A stretch of DNA of 64,000 nucleotides from an uncultured Flavobacteriaceae bacterium (GTDB taxonomy: Bacteria > Bacteroidota > Bacteroidia > Flavobacteriales > Flavobacteriaceae): positions 144,324 to 208,323 of the forward strand of contig CANNCA010000004.1 of NCBI GenBank assembly GCA_947503005.1. Direction: 5' to 3'. The notes under the pieces were generated by a model that made no database searches, was not told the DNA's origin, and saw only the letters and a list, made by a program, of their open reading frames with translations. The position numbers and the translations under genes are program-made. Shown piece by piece: positions 1-9,975 of the stretch (positions within the stretch are counted from its first letter, which is position 1; every line of letters starts with the position of its first letter).

Positions 1-685
1 ACTGGTACAGTACTTTAAAATGTACTTTCATTTTTTCCTTTGCCAGTTGAGGGTCCTGAGCTTTTATAGCTTCGAAAATATCTTTGTGCTCTTGAATGCC
101 TTTAAATGCCTGATCCTTGTCACAAACATGATATTTTTCGAAATTTGTTATTATTTCAGGTGTGATTATAAGCATGAACGTATCCATTGTACTGTTGCCG
201 CTTGCCTTAGCTATTGCTAAATGGAACAATAAATCTTCTTGAACCGCATCTTCTCCTCTGATTACTTTATCGCTATAAGCTTCTAATGCATACTGCATTT
301 GGTTCAGATCTTCTTTTGTTCTTCTCTGAGCTGCTAGACTTACGGTTTTTAATTCTAATAGAATCCTTGTCTCCACCAGCGATTTAAAATCAGGTTCTTC
401 CAGTCTTAGAATATCTTCAATCATACCGTTCATGGCCACTTGGCCGATGTCTGCAATGAAGGTTCCACTCTGGGGCTTTGATTTCAATATGCCATAAAAC
501 TCAAGCTTTTGGATGGCTTCCCGAACATTACTTCTACTCACTTCAAACTTTTCAGATAACATTCTTTCTGAAGGCAGTTTATCGCCAGGCTCAAGATTTT
601 TATAGTTGATTAAATCCCTAATCTTAGAGATGATACTGTTTTGAATTTCTTGATTTTCGTTTTTAGTGAGAATTTCTAATTTCAT
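1..685 (-). CDS. GntR/FadR-family transcriptional regulator (C-terminus runs off the window start; missing from the ORF track because no stop lies in the window)
   Basis: Manual translation of the minus strand from the ATG (complement of 683-685) gives MKLEILTKNENQEIQNSIISKIRDLINYKNLEPGDKLPSERMLSEKFEVSRSNVREAIQKLEFYGILKSKPQSGTFI... This is a canonical GntR winged HTH, followed by a helical FCD-like effector domain (...LLFHLAIAKASGN...). It is open for all 228 codons to position 1 and sits at the end of the alginate locus. Confidence 0.85.
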   Translation of the reverse strand, partial: MKLEILTKNENQEIQNSIISKIRDLINYKNLEPGDKLPSERMLSEKFEVSRSNVREAIQKLEFYGILKSKPQSGTFIADIGQVAMNGMIEDILRLEEPDFKSLVETRILLELKTVSLAAQRRTKEDLNQMQYALEAYSDKVIRGEDAVQEDLLFHLAIAKASGNSTMDTFMLIITPEIITNFEKYHVCDKDQAFKGIQEHKDIFEAIKAQDPQLAKEKMKVHFKVLYQ

Positions 686-715
686 AAGCTATTTAATATT
701 TTTCGCTTTAAGAAC

Positions 716-744
716 TGGTTAACCAGATTGGTTTGTTAAATTTA
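716..744 (-). promoter_or_regulatory. Putative operator (TGGTTAACCA-gat-TGGTTTGTTA) plus weak -7-like box TAAATTTA, upstream of the GntR gene
   Basis: The perfect palindrome TGGTTAACCA lies at 716-725 and a degenerate second box at 729-738. TAAATTTA lies at 737-744. The site is 30 bp upstream of the GntR ATG and has the same layout as the sites at 10088, 14307 and 19120. Confidence 0.6.
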
Positions 745-828
745 TGAAAATAACTTCTATCAAAAAATATGTTCCTTACGTAGTTCAACCTAAAAAAAAC
801 ACTATTCAACAAATACTAAGGTTGAGTG

Positions 829-860
829 GTTTTACTGGTCTCGCAAAAGACCAGTAAAAC
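829..860 (-). terminator. Perfect 13-bp stem hairpin downstream of the last PL7 gene (probable operon terminator)
   Basis: gttttactggtct (829-841), loop cgcaaa, agaccagtaaaac (848-860). The arms are exact reverse complements. It lies about 75 nt after the stop of the 934..1923 gene. There is no strong U-tract on the minus strand. Confidence 0.6.
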
Positions 861-933
861 AATGTTGAACTAACTCAAACAACCATAAAGTATACCAAGA
901 GGAAACTAACAACCTTTGGTTTACTCTAAATCT

Positions 934-1923
934 TTAATGGGTGACTTCTAGATAATAATAATTGACTATCGCTGATGAGCCTTCATCATTAGTTTGAAGG
1001 TAGTTACCTGCTTTAAAGTAATTCTCGAACACTCCCCATTTTTGCATGTTTATATCATTATAAATTTTTGATTCATTATCATTTAATACCACTTCTAATT
1101 TACCATCTGAAACTATTACCTCTAATGAAAACTTATTGTCACCTACTTCTTCATTGAATATAAAGCCATCGTCATCCTCCCAAGCATCAGTACTTAAAAT
1201 GTCGTCTCCAGATGTGTTCAAGTCCTTTAACTTTTTAGTCAGTATCCTGACTTTTCCTTTCTGCCAATAGATTTTCAGAATGGGAGGAGCGTTGTTATCA
1301 TTTTCTCCGATACGATCTCTTTGTTCATTTGTTAACCTACCGTGAATTTGCATCACAATGGTACGGTGGAATTCATTATTCGAGTCTTTTGAAATAAAAG
1401 GAACCGACAAGGTACCCTTCATTATACCTCCTTCGGCAAATGTCCAATTAGTGGAATTACTACCCGAGTCCATTTGTTCCCTTAACTCAGTTCTTGAGTA
1501 GGACGAATTAGTCGTTGTGGCCCCTGGATAACTATTAAACACCAGCGCGCCATTAATTGAATCATTGTACATGAAAGGTTTTAATATTTCATTGTTAGCA
1601 TAGTCCAGTATTTCTGGAGGCTCAACTTCAATTGGTTTTCCATTTTCCGATATGGGTAGGGTCACCTTCCAATTATTTAAATCAATCTCCGGTAGGACGT
1701 ATGAAATTTCTTCTTCTACTTCCTCCACTTCTTCTTCCTGTTCTTCCTCCTCCTCAACAGGGTCATCCGTATCAACTTGTTCCTCAGGAATTTCCTCCAC
1801 AATTATATCTTCCTTATCGTTACTACAAGAACATAATATCATTAAAAATATGAATACAAAACCTAGCTTCATATATTGAATCATCATATCTCTTCTTGCA
1901 AATTTCTTCATAGTCAAATTCAT
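934..1923 (-). CDS. PL7-family alginate lyase, lipoprotein with acidic linker
   Basis: 329 aa. It has a lipoprotein-type signal (LMILCSCSND) and a D/E-rich linker (DTDDPVEEEEEQEEEVEEVEEE). The PL7 signature blocks are present: YSRTELREQ, MQIHGRL and YFKAGNYLQ. Confidence 0.85.
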   Translation of the reverse strand: MNLTMKKFARRDMMIQYMKLGFVFIFLMILCSCSNDKEDIIVEEIPEEQVDTDDPVEEEEEQEEEVEEVEEEISYVLPEIDLNNWKVTLPISENGKPIEVEPPEILDYANNEILKPFMYNDSINGALVFNSYPGATTTNSSYSRTELREQMDSGSNSTNWTFAEGGIMKGTLSVPFISKDSNNEFHRTIVMQIHGRLTNEQRDRIGENDNNAPPILKIYWQKGKVRILTKKLKDLNTSGDDILSTDAWEDDDGFIFNEEVGDNKFSLEVIVSDGKLEVVLNDNESKIYNDINMQKWGVFENYFKAGNYLQTNDEGSSAIVNYYYLEVTH

Positions 1924-1932
1924 TCGATACCA

Positions 1933-2844
1933 TTAATGTTCTACATTGAGCTCGTAGAGTTTTACTCTAGCAAAAGCTCCCTCATCCCTTGATTGCAAAT
2001 AATTTCCCACCTTAAAGTAGTTTTCAAAAATTCCCCATCTTTTAATACTTGCGTCATCATACACAAAAAATTCACTATTGTTCAGTGACACCACCATTTT
2101 ACCATTAGTTACCTTTACTCCTAGGGTAAATTTTCTAAAGCCTACCTCTTGCTCAAAGTTTTTTCCTTCATCATCGGTCCATGCTTCTTTATGTAGAATT
2201 CCGACTTGATCGACTCCTGCATATTTTAAAACTTTGGTTTTTACACGAATTTTACCATTCTGCCAATAGATTTTTAAAACTGGCGGTGCATTGTTATCTA
2301 TTTGCCCGATACGTTCCCGTTGTTCATTAGTCAAACGACCATGTATTTGAGCTATAATCACCTTATGGTATTTTCCATCATTGGCCCTTGACACTTCACC
2401 CATTGCCATTTTAGCTCTCAATGTGCCACCTTGCTTAAAAGTCCAATTCACATTATCTTTACCAGGCTCCATTTGCTCTCTAAGCTCTGACCTGGAATAC
2501 TTCGTATTTGCGGTGGTAGCCGACGTTGGATAAGCATAAAAAACTAGCGTCCCACTAGTTGAATCATTGTACATGTAAGGTTTCAAGGTCTCATCTGTAG
2601 CGTAATTCAAAATTTCTGGCGGTTCAATACTTATTGCTCCACCTTTTCCTTCACCCGCTGGTATTGTAACCTTCCAATTACTCAAATCAATTTTAGGAAG
2701 TTTTATCCTCTTTCTTTTCTTTTTGATTTTGTCAATTCTAACCTCCGACTCTGCAACGCTACTTTTCTTATCTTGAGAAGTAGCGTTAACAGAAAGAAAC
2801 ATTAGTACCATAATGACTAATAGTTCTTTTTGGAGTTTTTTCAT
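1933..2844 (-). CDS. PL7-family alginate lyase (tandem paralog of 934..1923)
   Basis: 303 aa. It has a signal peptide and a K-rich linker (KIKKKRKRIKLPK). PL7 blocks YSRSELREQ, AQIHGRL and YFKVGNYLQ are present. It aligns with its neighbour along the whole catalytic domain. Confidence 0.85.
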   Translation of the reverse strand: MKKLQKELLVIMVLMFLSVNATSQDKKSSVAESEVRIDKIKKKRKRIKLPKIDLSNWKVTIPAGEGKGGAISIEPPEILNYATDETLKPYMYNDSTSGTLVFYAYPTSATTANTKYSRSELREQMEPGKDNVNWTFKQGGTLRAKMAMGEVSRANDGKYHKVIIAQIHGRLTNEQRERIGQIDNNAPPVLKIYWQNGKIRVKTKVLKYAGVDQVGILHKEAWTDDEGKNFEQEVGFRKFTLGVKVTNGKMVVSLNNSEFFVYDDASIKRWGIFENYFKVGNYLQSRDEGAFARVKLYELNVEH

Positions 2845-2855
2845 TAAAATCGAAA

Positions 2856-4286
2856 TTATTGAGCAATTACCTTCACATTATCAATATAGGCATCTTTAGG
2901 AGTGACTGCATAAAACATTACAGCAACTTCACCACTGCTAGGAGCGGTAAATTGTATTTGAACCAAGGTGCCAAAATCATTATCTGTATCTGAAAATTTA
3001 CCTTCAGCAACAAAGCCTTCATCGAATCCTAAATTATTACCTAGATTATCAACAGCATCGGCCCCATCATCATAATGCTGGTCCAAGATTAAGCCCACGA
3101 CTCTTCTTCCCCCAATAGGGTCTGTTCCACTATCATCTTTAATTGCATATTGATATTCTAGAACATAATTAGCGCCTGGAGTTAGAATAAGTTCTTGATA
3201 GGCATATCTAGAACTGGATGATCTAAATTCTCCTCCGGATTGACTTGCAGACCATTTAGCCCCTCTAGTTTTTCCGCCGGTGTCATTTCCATCAATGTCG
3301 AAATCAGAACCATCTGAACTTGAACCGAACGGGTTGGTTTCCCCATCTGTAAATGTTGCCCATTTCCAGAAATCTTGACCATCTTCAAAATCACCATTAA
3401 TAATAGTAGAGCCAGTCATTCTAGACATGTAAATATTATCTACTGTTATCGTTGCATGATCCTTTGCAGTTCCACTAGTTGCTAATCCAAATACGATTTC
3501 ATCGAACATAACCACCGGTGATGAGAAATCTGTAGCTAAGTTTAAATCGAAACCAGTCCATTCACCATCCGTTAAGTCCAAATTGTCAATAACGTAGTTC
3601 ACAGCATTCGCACTATCAACTAAAGTAATTTTCAATTTATCTATACCTTCAGCAAAATTAGAATGCACATCAAAGTGAATTTCAGAGGCTTCTACTCCGC
3701 TATAAAAAGCATCCGCAACGACAACTTCGTCACTCAATTTTACGAGCCCGGTATTACTATGGAGTCGAGAAAATTCAAGTAGCTCGTTGCCAGAATCTAA
3801 TGTAACTAATGTACCTCCAGTTCCTGCTGAACCAACTGCAGAACTAGCACCAGTAAAAATATTAAACAAATTATTTCTCTTTCCTTCAGGTGATGAAGGA
3901 GCAAATGAGATAGATTGCACAGCATGTTCTACCGTAATATCTTCAGTTTTGGTGACACCGCCAGCAGTCACGGTTATTGTATAATCAGTAGAAGCAACAA
4001 CGTTAGAATAATCGTGAGAAACGGTCTCGCCCTGTGCTGCGGTTACAGTACTACTGCCATCACCAAAATCTACTGTAAAGGTTTCAACACCAACCGTAAT
4101 CGGTTGGATTGTGACAATTGTACCGTCTCCACTGGTTTCCGTGGAAAAACTCGAAAAAACAGGAGATGTAACACTATTAAGACCCGATGAAACTTCAGGG
4201 GCTATGGGCGTAAACTCTTGTTCCTCGCATGATATTATAAGTCCCATCACCAACAGGGCGCTCATTGATTTTTTTAATAAATTCAT
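2856..4286 (-). CDS. PKD-domain surface lipoprotein with a C-terminal CBM-like beta-sandwich (candidate surface glycan-binding protein)
   Basis: 476 aa. It has a lipoprotein signal (LIISCEEQ) and a PKD-like repeat (TFTVDFGDGSS...SHDYS...YTITVTAGG). The C-terminal module opens with IINGDFEDGQDFWKW, typical of CBM4/9/22-type modules. It lies downstream of susD. Confidence 0.65.
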   Translation of the reverse strand: MNLLKKSMSALLVMGLIISCEEQEFTPIAPEVSSGLNSVTSPVFSSFSTETSGDGTIVTIQPITVGVETFTVDFGDGSSTVTAAQGETVSHDYSNVVASTDYTITVTAGGVTKTEDITVEHAVQSISFAPSSPEGKRNNLFNIFTGASSAVGSAGTGGTLVTLDSGNELLEFSRLHSNTGLVKLSDEVVVADAFYSGVEASEIHFDVHSNFAEGIDKLKITLVDSANAVNYVIDNLDLTDGEWTGFDLNLATDFSSPVVMFDEIVFGLATSGTAKDHATITVDNIYMSRMTGSTIINGDFEDGQDFWKWATFTDGETNPFGSSSDGSDFDIDGNDTGGKTRGAKWSASQSGGEFRSSSSRYAYQELILTPGANYVLEYQYAIKDDSGTDPIGGRRVVGLILDQHYDDGADAVDNLGNNLGFDEGFVAEGKFSDTDNDFGTLVQIQFTAPSSGEVAVMFYAVTPKDAYIDNVKVIAQ

Positions 4287-4374
4287 AATCTTATTTTATT
4301 TGTTTTTTTGTTTTTCCCATGTAAGTATGTTCAAGAACGTACTTATCTGAGACCAATTAGAATAGGAATTATGC

Positions 4375-5187
4375 CTAATCAATTCTCTCTATACTAATTT
4401 TAGAAATTCTAACTTCAGTATCCCCATATTCAATATTGAATCTCATATTTTCAGTATCAGCTCCAGTCGAAAAACTAACGGAATATTCCACGTAAGCGGA
4501 AGACTGATCTGTCCTGGGAATATCCTGACTCAGAAAGTCTTCGCCAGTATCGCCATCTTCAATTAAAAGTTGTCCAGCAGAAACCCCTGAAGAAGGGGCA
4601 CTTACGTACCAAAAGGTTATTCTATAATCTGCACCTGCCACAACTCTTATCGTTTGATCAAGAAATTGAGAAGAGCTACTAATCTTAGCACCTCCATTTC
4701 CTTCTGGTGGTGTTGGAGATCCACTACCAGAATAAGTACTGGTACCTCTACCACCGCCCCATGGCGTTCTTGGGTCGCATAAAAAGTCAGGGCATTGAAA
4801 AGCTGCAACTAACTCATCAACAACCACAACATCTAAGGTGATTGTGGATGTTTCACCATTGGCATCAGATGCAATCAAGGTGACAGGATAAGTCCCTTCA
4901 CCAGGAAATTCTATGTCCTGTGGATCTCTTTCGGTTGAGGTTACTCCCCCTCCAAAATCCCAGGAATAGGTATTTGCCTCCGTAGAGAGGTCAGTAAAAT
5001 TGATAATATAAAAAAACTCTTGATCTGCAGTATAATCAAAATTTGCTTCCGGAAATACGGTATCTTCTTTAGAACCTGTATCCGGCAAATCATCTCTAAA
5101 AAGATCGGAACCGACACAACTGGCAGCAAAAACAGCTGTCACGAGTACCAAGGTTATTTTACGGAAAAATTTCGCTTTATTTTTCAT
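4375..5187 (-). CDS. PKD-domain lipoprotein
   Basis: 270 aa. It has a lipoprotein signal (VFAASCVGSD) and a PKD motif (YSWDFGGG...GTYPVTLIASDANGE). It lies directly after susD, as in other flavobacterial alginate PULs. Confidence 0.65.
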   Translation of the reverse strand: MKNKAKFFRKITLVLVTAVFAASCVGSDLFRDDLPDTGSKEDTVFPEANFDYTADQEFFYIINFTDLSTEANTYSWDFGGGVTSTERDPQDIEFPGEGTYPVTLIASDANGETSTITLDVVVVDELVAAFQCPDFLCDPRTPWGGGRGTSTYSGSGSPTPPEGNGGAKISSSSQFLDQTIRVVAGADYRITFWYVSAPSSGVSAGQLLIEDGDTGEDFLSQDIPRTDQSSAYVEYSVSFSTGADTENMRFNIEYGDTEVRISKISIERID

Positions 5188-5205
5188 AGTTTGAATTTTT
5201 GAATA

Positions 5206-6675
5206 TTAATATCCTGGATTTTGGGTTAAAAGACCTCCGCTAAGATTGATTTCACTAGCAGGTATTGGCAATAACAATTTTCTAGAGTCATAGGCGTAGC
5301 CCAAATCAGCCGAAAATGCACTTAAAACAGACTCCGCTACACCAAATCTAACTAAATCAAAAAACCGTTGATTTTCAAAAGCTAACTCTACTCTTCTTTC
5401 CAACAAAAGCTCGTCTTGCGTTATAGAAGACACAGGTGCTGTTAAGCCTGCCCTATCTCTTACTGCTTGAAAAGAAGCTAAAGCAGCTGCATCACTTGTA
5501 GATCCCGCCCCTGCCATAATGGCTTCTACATGGAGTAATAAAACATCAGCATAGCGTAAGGCAATATAATCGTTACCAGCGTCACGACCCGCTCCGTAAG
5601 TTGGAGGTACTGCAGTGATATCTGATCCTTCGGGTAAAAATTTCGTTACTTCATTGGAAAGACCAAAGGTAGCATACGAAACTGCCGTTCTATCACCACC
5701 AGCGGCTGCAAAATCAGCGATTAGATTATCTTCGAGAATGTTTTGACCGTCTTCTGAACCTGTACGATTAGAAGCAGGAGAAGTAAATTCAGCAGAAAAA
5801 CCTTGACTTTCCAACTGATTACCAGAAATATATTGAACTGCAAATATTACCTCACTATTTGCTGATGCGTCATACTCTTCATCAGTTCCCGAATAAAATA
5901 CATCATTAAAATCAGGCTCTAATGCGTAATCTCCACTATTGATTATGTCTTCACACAACTGACGTGCACCATTGTAGTTCGGATTATCTTGAGTAAGATA
6001 GACCTTTGCCAAAATACCTTGGGCAGCTGCCTTAGAAGCTCTTACTACATTTGAATTATCTAAAACACTAATAGCTTCCTGTAAATCTGCAATAATCTGA
6101 GCATAAATCTCGGCCTCGGGTGTTCGTGTAAAAGCAGTCTCCTTATCATCTGGAGATACTACTTCAGTTACCAAAGGCACATCACTATATAGTCGAACTA
6201 GTTTGAAATATGCATATGCTCTTAAAAATTTAGCTTCTGCAGTATACCTTGCTTGATTACTATCATCAGCAATTTCAATGAAGTTCAAAATGTTATTAGC
6301 TCTAAAAATTACTTCGTACATGGATGCATAGTAATCTTGAGACTCTACATTGTTAGCATTCACCAAGTATCTGTGGAAATCTGCTTTTGAACCTTCGGTA
6401 GTACCATTTCTTGTATTATCACTTCTATGTTCTGTTAAAAGGTGCTCAAATTGAACTCCTCTATTCGTAGTAGCTTCATTTGAGTTTGTAGCATCATTTA
6501 CACCCTGGACAGCATCATAAACTCCCATCAGTCCAGAAAATACATCTGCATCCGTTTGAAAGAACGCATCTACGGTAACAACAGAGTCCGGTACAGGGTT
6601 TAAATACTCTTCAGTATCACAGGAAATCAAAACTGACCCTGTAATAACAAAAATTAAATATTTTATATGTTTCAT
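5206..6675 (-). CDS. susD: SusD/RagB-family outer-membrane glycan-binding lipoprotein
   Basis: 489 aa. It has a lipoprotein signal (SVLISCDTE) and a SusD-like helical sequence. It lies 20 nt downstream of the susC-like gene. Confidence 0.85.
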   Translation of the reverse strand: MKHIKYLIFVITGSVLISCDTEEYLNPVPDSVVTVDAFFQTDADVFSGLMGVYDAVQGVNDATNSNEATTNRGVQFEHLLTEHRSDNTRNGTTEGSKADFHRYLVNANNVESQDYYASMYEVIFRANNILNFIEIADDSNQARYTAEAKFLRAYAYFKLVRLYSDVPLVTEVVSPDDKETAFTRTPEAEIYAQIIADLQEAISVLDNSNVVRASKAAAQGILAKVYLTQDNPNYNGARQLCEDIINSGDYALEPDFNDVFYSGTDEEYDASANSEVIFAVQYISGNQLESQGFSAEFTSPASNRTGSEDGQNILEDNLIADFAAAGGDRTAVSYATFGLSNEVTKFLPEGSDITAVPPTYGAGRDAGNDYIALRYADVLLLHVEAIMAGAGSTSDAAALASFQAVRDRAGLTAPVSSITQDELLLERRVELAFENQRFFDLVRFGVAESVLSAFSADLGYAYDSRKLLLPIPASEINLSGGLLTQNPGY

Positions 6676-6695
6676 AATCGTTTTCTTTTTTAAAA

Positions 6696-9600
6696 TTAAA
6701 AGTCAATATTCATACCAATTGTAAACGTTCTAAATATTGGCGTACCTGCTCTCTGTGAACCAAAGGCTCGTACATTGCCGTTATCATCGTGCTCCGGGTT
6801 GAAACCATGATAATCATCAGCAGTTATATACACAAGGTTTTGAGCAGTAGCATATAGTCTTAACCCGTCTAAACCTATACGTGATGTTAAATCGTTTGAA
6901 AAATTATATCCAAGATTTACATTACGTAAAGAAAAATAGTCAGAACTAGCAATAACATCGCTCGTTACTACCTTTCGTTGGATAAAAGACACATCGGGTA
7001 CCAAACCAGCCGCGACAGCTTCTTCGGCACCTGTTCCTCTGGTCGTATTTCCGAACCAATTGAAGAAATATTCATCACCTATATTATTTACCTGACCACC
7101 GAGGCTTCCTTGGACCATGAAAGAGAGGTCAAAGTTTCCATATTGAAATTCATTGGTAAAACTGTAGATCAAATCAGGATAAGGATCCCCTAAAATGGTT
7201 TTGTCTTCATCTGTAATTAAACCATCGCCATTTAAATCTTTTACAATAGTTGCTCTAGATTCCCCGTTTATCCTGTTCCATGGTCTATCAACATAGGTTG
7301 TTCTAAATGAAGTTTCATCAAAAAGCTCTTCATCTACCACAAAACCCCAAAAAGATGAGATAGGCTCGCCGACCCTATTGATCCATAATGAATTTCTACC
7401 ATAAGTATCAGCTATCAAAGCATTATCTGAATCGGCAAAATCCAACAATTCGTTTTGGTTGGTAGATGCGATTAACGTAGAATTCCATCTAAAGTTCTCA
7501 TTTGCAATGTTTTTGGTGCGTAACTCAAATTCAAAACCTTTATTTTGAACTTCCCCTAAATTTACAATTCCCTGATCAAAACCAGTAACGTAAGAAACAG
7601 GGTTAGAAAGCAATAATTCATCACTAGTTCTCTTGTAATAATCAATGGAACCCGATATTCTATTACTGGCAAATCCGTAATCCAAACCTATAGTTAATTC
7701 TCTTGAAGATTCCCATTGCAAGCTAGGGTTTGCAATATTAAGCGGAGAAACACCTTGTGCGGTGCCATAGTTTGTATTTTGACTTAATGCTAGGTAAGGC
7801 CATGCATTTTCAACAATAGTACCCACATTAAAATTTTCAGTACCCGTAAAACCATAACTAGCTCTAAACTTAAGGTTACTAACGATATCACTATCTACCA
7901 AGAAATTTTCTTTAGCCACATTCCAACCCACGGATGCGGCAGGGAAGTTACCCCACTTAGTATCTGTACCAAATACAGAACTGCCGTCACGTCTAAAGGA
8001 AGCATTCACCAAATACCTATCCTTATAGGCATAATTTACACGAGCAAAATAACCTAGTTTTCTTTGGTCCGAATTAATTTCCGATACAATGGTATTTGCA
8101 GGATCAGCACCATTCATGTTTTTAAGACGATCATCAGTAAATCCACTACCATTGATTTGACTGATTTCAGTTCTTCTTTTCTGAATCGTTACACCACCCA
8201 ATAAATTCAGATCATGGTCCCCGAAATTTTTGGTATAATTTAAAGTATTATCATTAATTATTCTTGTACGGTATCTATTCTGCAAACCATACGCAGATCG
8301 GCTTGCACCGGATGCGTGGTGCTTGGTTCCATCCCATCTTGTTTGCTTTCTTTGATCAATAGTGACACCAACAGATGTTTTGGCCGTAAGACCATCTAGT
8401 ATTTCATAACTTAAATACGTTGATCCAAATAATTTTGTATTGATATCATAATGCTCTCGCTCAACATATTGTGCGTAGGGATTTGAATCGCCCGAGGTAC
8501 GAGGTCTGCTAGAACTTCCATCGCCATTGAGATCTAAGTTCACCAGATGATCTTCACGGAAGTAATCGCCCACACCAATATCTGGATAGTTTGCTCTATT
8601 AATAAACTGAAGTGATTCTTCAGTATGATAAATAGGTAACCAAGGGGATTGACGAGTAGGGTTATGAATAGATGTTGGCAAACGTCGCTGCTTGGTATAA
8701 GAAGGGGTTGCGCTAATACCAAACCTTAATTTATCACCAATTTTTGAATCTACCTTGACGTTTCCAGTGTATAATTTGAAATCATCAGTAATTACCACCC
8801 CTTCATCATGAAGATATCTCAAAGAAGAACTGAACTTCGTGTCCTCTGTTCCACCTCTTGCGGAAAGTGAGTGACTTGAAACAAAGCCTCCATCAAAGAA
8901 AACATCTTGCCAATCACGGTCAACTCCCGTAGTATTTCTTAATAGATCAATATACTGTGACTCTTCAGAAAGTGTGCCCGTGACTGATCGCTCTAAAGCA
9001 AACCACTCATCAGTATTTTTTTTGTAGTCTTCACTACCATGCGCCTGCTTGTACCCAGTATACGTTTGGTAACTGAATTTTGTTTTACCTGCCTTACCAC
9101 TCTTTGTCGTAATCAGTATAACACCATTTGCACCTTCACTACCGTAAATAGCTGCAGATGCAGCATCTTTTAATACTTCAAAAGACTCCACATCATTCAT
9201 GTCAATATTTCCAAGAAATTCAGAGCTCATAACTATACCATCAACAACTAGTGCAGGTCCTGAATCAGCAGCAACTGATCCAACACCTCTTATTGTGATA
9301 GTTGGAGCTCCCCCGGCTTCAGCGTTGGTAGCTTGTATGTTTACACCCGATACTTGACCAATAAGTGCATCATCAACTCTTGACACCGCTATTTGGTCTA
9401 AGGACTCATTGGTCACTTTGGATATAGAACCTGTAATAGTAGATTTTTTCTGAGTTCCATAACCTACCACAACCACCTCATCAAGTTGGCTAGCGTCTTC
9501 TACCAGGACAATATTTAGGGTAGTCTGCCCATTTACAGCAACTTCCTGTGTAGAGTAGCCTAGATAGCTTATTACTAAAGTAGCGGAAGCATCCACATTG

Positions 9601-9785
9601 TCAATCGTAAAATTGCCATCGAAATCGGTTTGCGTGCCGTTTGTGGTTCCTTTAACCACAACGCTTGCTCCGGGTAATGGGCCACTGGCATCAGCAACCG
9701 TTCCAGATACCGTCTGAGCCGATACCGCTGAGAAACAAAAAAATGCTCCGAACAACAACAGCCTTTTTAATAACGTAATCTTCAT
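6696..9785 (-). CDS. susC: SusC-family TonB-dependent outer-membrane transporter
   Basis: 1029 aa. It has a signal peptide and a carboxypeptidase-regulatory-like N-domain (VSGTVADASGPLPGASVVVKGTTNGTQTDFDGNFTI). A plug region (VVVGYGTQKK ... ITIRGVGS) is followed by a long beta-barrel ending ...IGMNIDF. Confidence 0.92.
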   Translation of the reverse strand: MKITLLKRLLLFGAFFCFSAVSAQTVSGTVADASGPLPGASVVVKGTTNGTQTDFDGNFTIDNVDASATLVISYLGYSTQEVAVNGQTTLNIVLVEDASQLDEVVVVGYGTQKKSTITGSISKVTNESLDQIAVSRVDDALIGQVSGVNIQATNAEAGGAPTITIRGVGSVAADSGPALVVDGIVMSSEFLGNIDMNDVESFEVLKDAASAAIYGSEGANGVILITTKSGKAGKTKFSYQTYTGYKQAHGSEDYKKNTDEWFALERSVTGTLSEESQYIDLLRNTTGVDRDWQDVFFDGGFVSSHSLSARGGTEDTKFSSSLRYLHDEGVVITDDFKLYTGNVKVDSKIGDKLRFGISATPSYTKQRRLPTSIHNPTRQSPWLPIYHTEESLQFINRANYPDIGVGDYFREDHLVNLDLNGDGSSSRPRTSGDSNPYAQYVEREHYDINTKLFGSTYLSYEILDGLTAKTSVGVTIDQRKQTRWDGTKHHASGASRSAYGLQNRYRTRIINDNTLNYTKNFGDHDLNLLGGVTIQKRRTEISQINGSGFTDDRLKNMNGADPANTIVSEINSDQRKLGYFARVNYAYKDRYLVNASFRRDGSSVFGTDTKWGNFPAASVGWNVAKENFLVDSDIVSNLKFRASYGFTGTENFNVGTIVENAWPYLALSQNTNYGTAQGVSPLNIANPSLQWESSRELTIGLDYGFASNRISGSIDYYKRTSDELLLSNPVSYVTGFDQGIVNLGEVQNKGFEFELRTKNIANENFRWNSTLIASTNQNELLDFADSDNALIADTYGRNSLWINRVGEPISSFWGFVVDEELFDETSFRTTYVDRPWNRINGESRATIVKDLNGDGLITDEDKTILGDPYPDLIYSFTNEFQYGNFDLSFMVQGSLGGQVNNIGDEYFFNWFGNTTRGTGAEEAVAAGLVPDVSFIQRKVVTSDVIASSDYFSLRNVNLGYNFSNDLTSRIGLDGLRLYATAQNLVYITADDYHGFNPEHDDNGNVRAFGSQRAGTPIFRTFTIGMNIDF

Positions 9786-9975
9786 AAATTTAAATTTTAG
9801 TTAAAATAGTTAGATAATTTGCTTTTTAACATTTAACAGGTCGCATGCATGCTAAATGGAATTTACCGAAGATCCGTATTCTAAAAATTCAATTGTTTAT
9901 CGTAATTTTAAAGAATATGATATCAATGGTATCGTATAAGTATTACTTCCCTTCAAAATGAAGTAATTGATTTTT

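Noticed and set aside
20-220. 66-aa plus-strand ORF at the window start
   Set aside because: It lies antisense to the well-supported GntR/FadR reading frame (1-685, minus strand). Its Cys/Phe-rich composition is odd and it has no motif.
915-924. TTTGGTTTAC half-site resembling the operator, just downstream of the PL7 stop
   Set aside because: Only a partial single box is present, with no TGGTTAACCA partner and no -7 box. It probably matches by chance.
1632-1879. Two overlapping plus-strand ORFs (73 and 75 aa) rich in Ser/Leu/Pro
   Set aside because: They are the antisense reading of the GAA/GAG-rich acidic linker of the PL7 gene. This is a low-complexity artefact.
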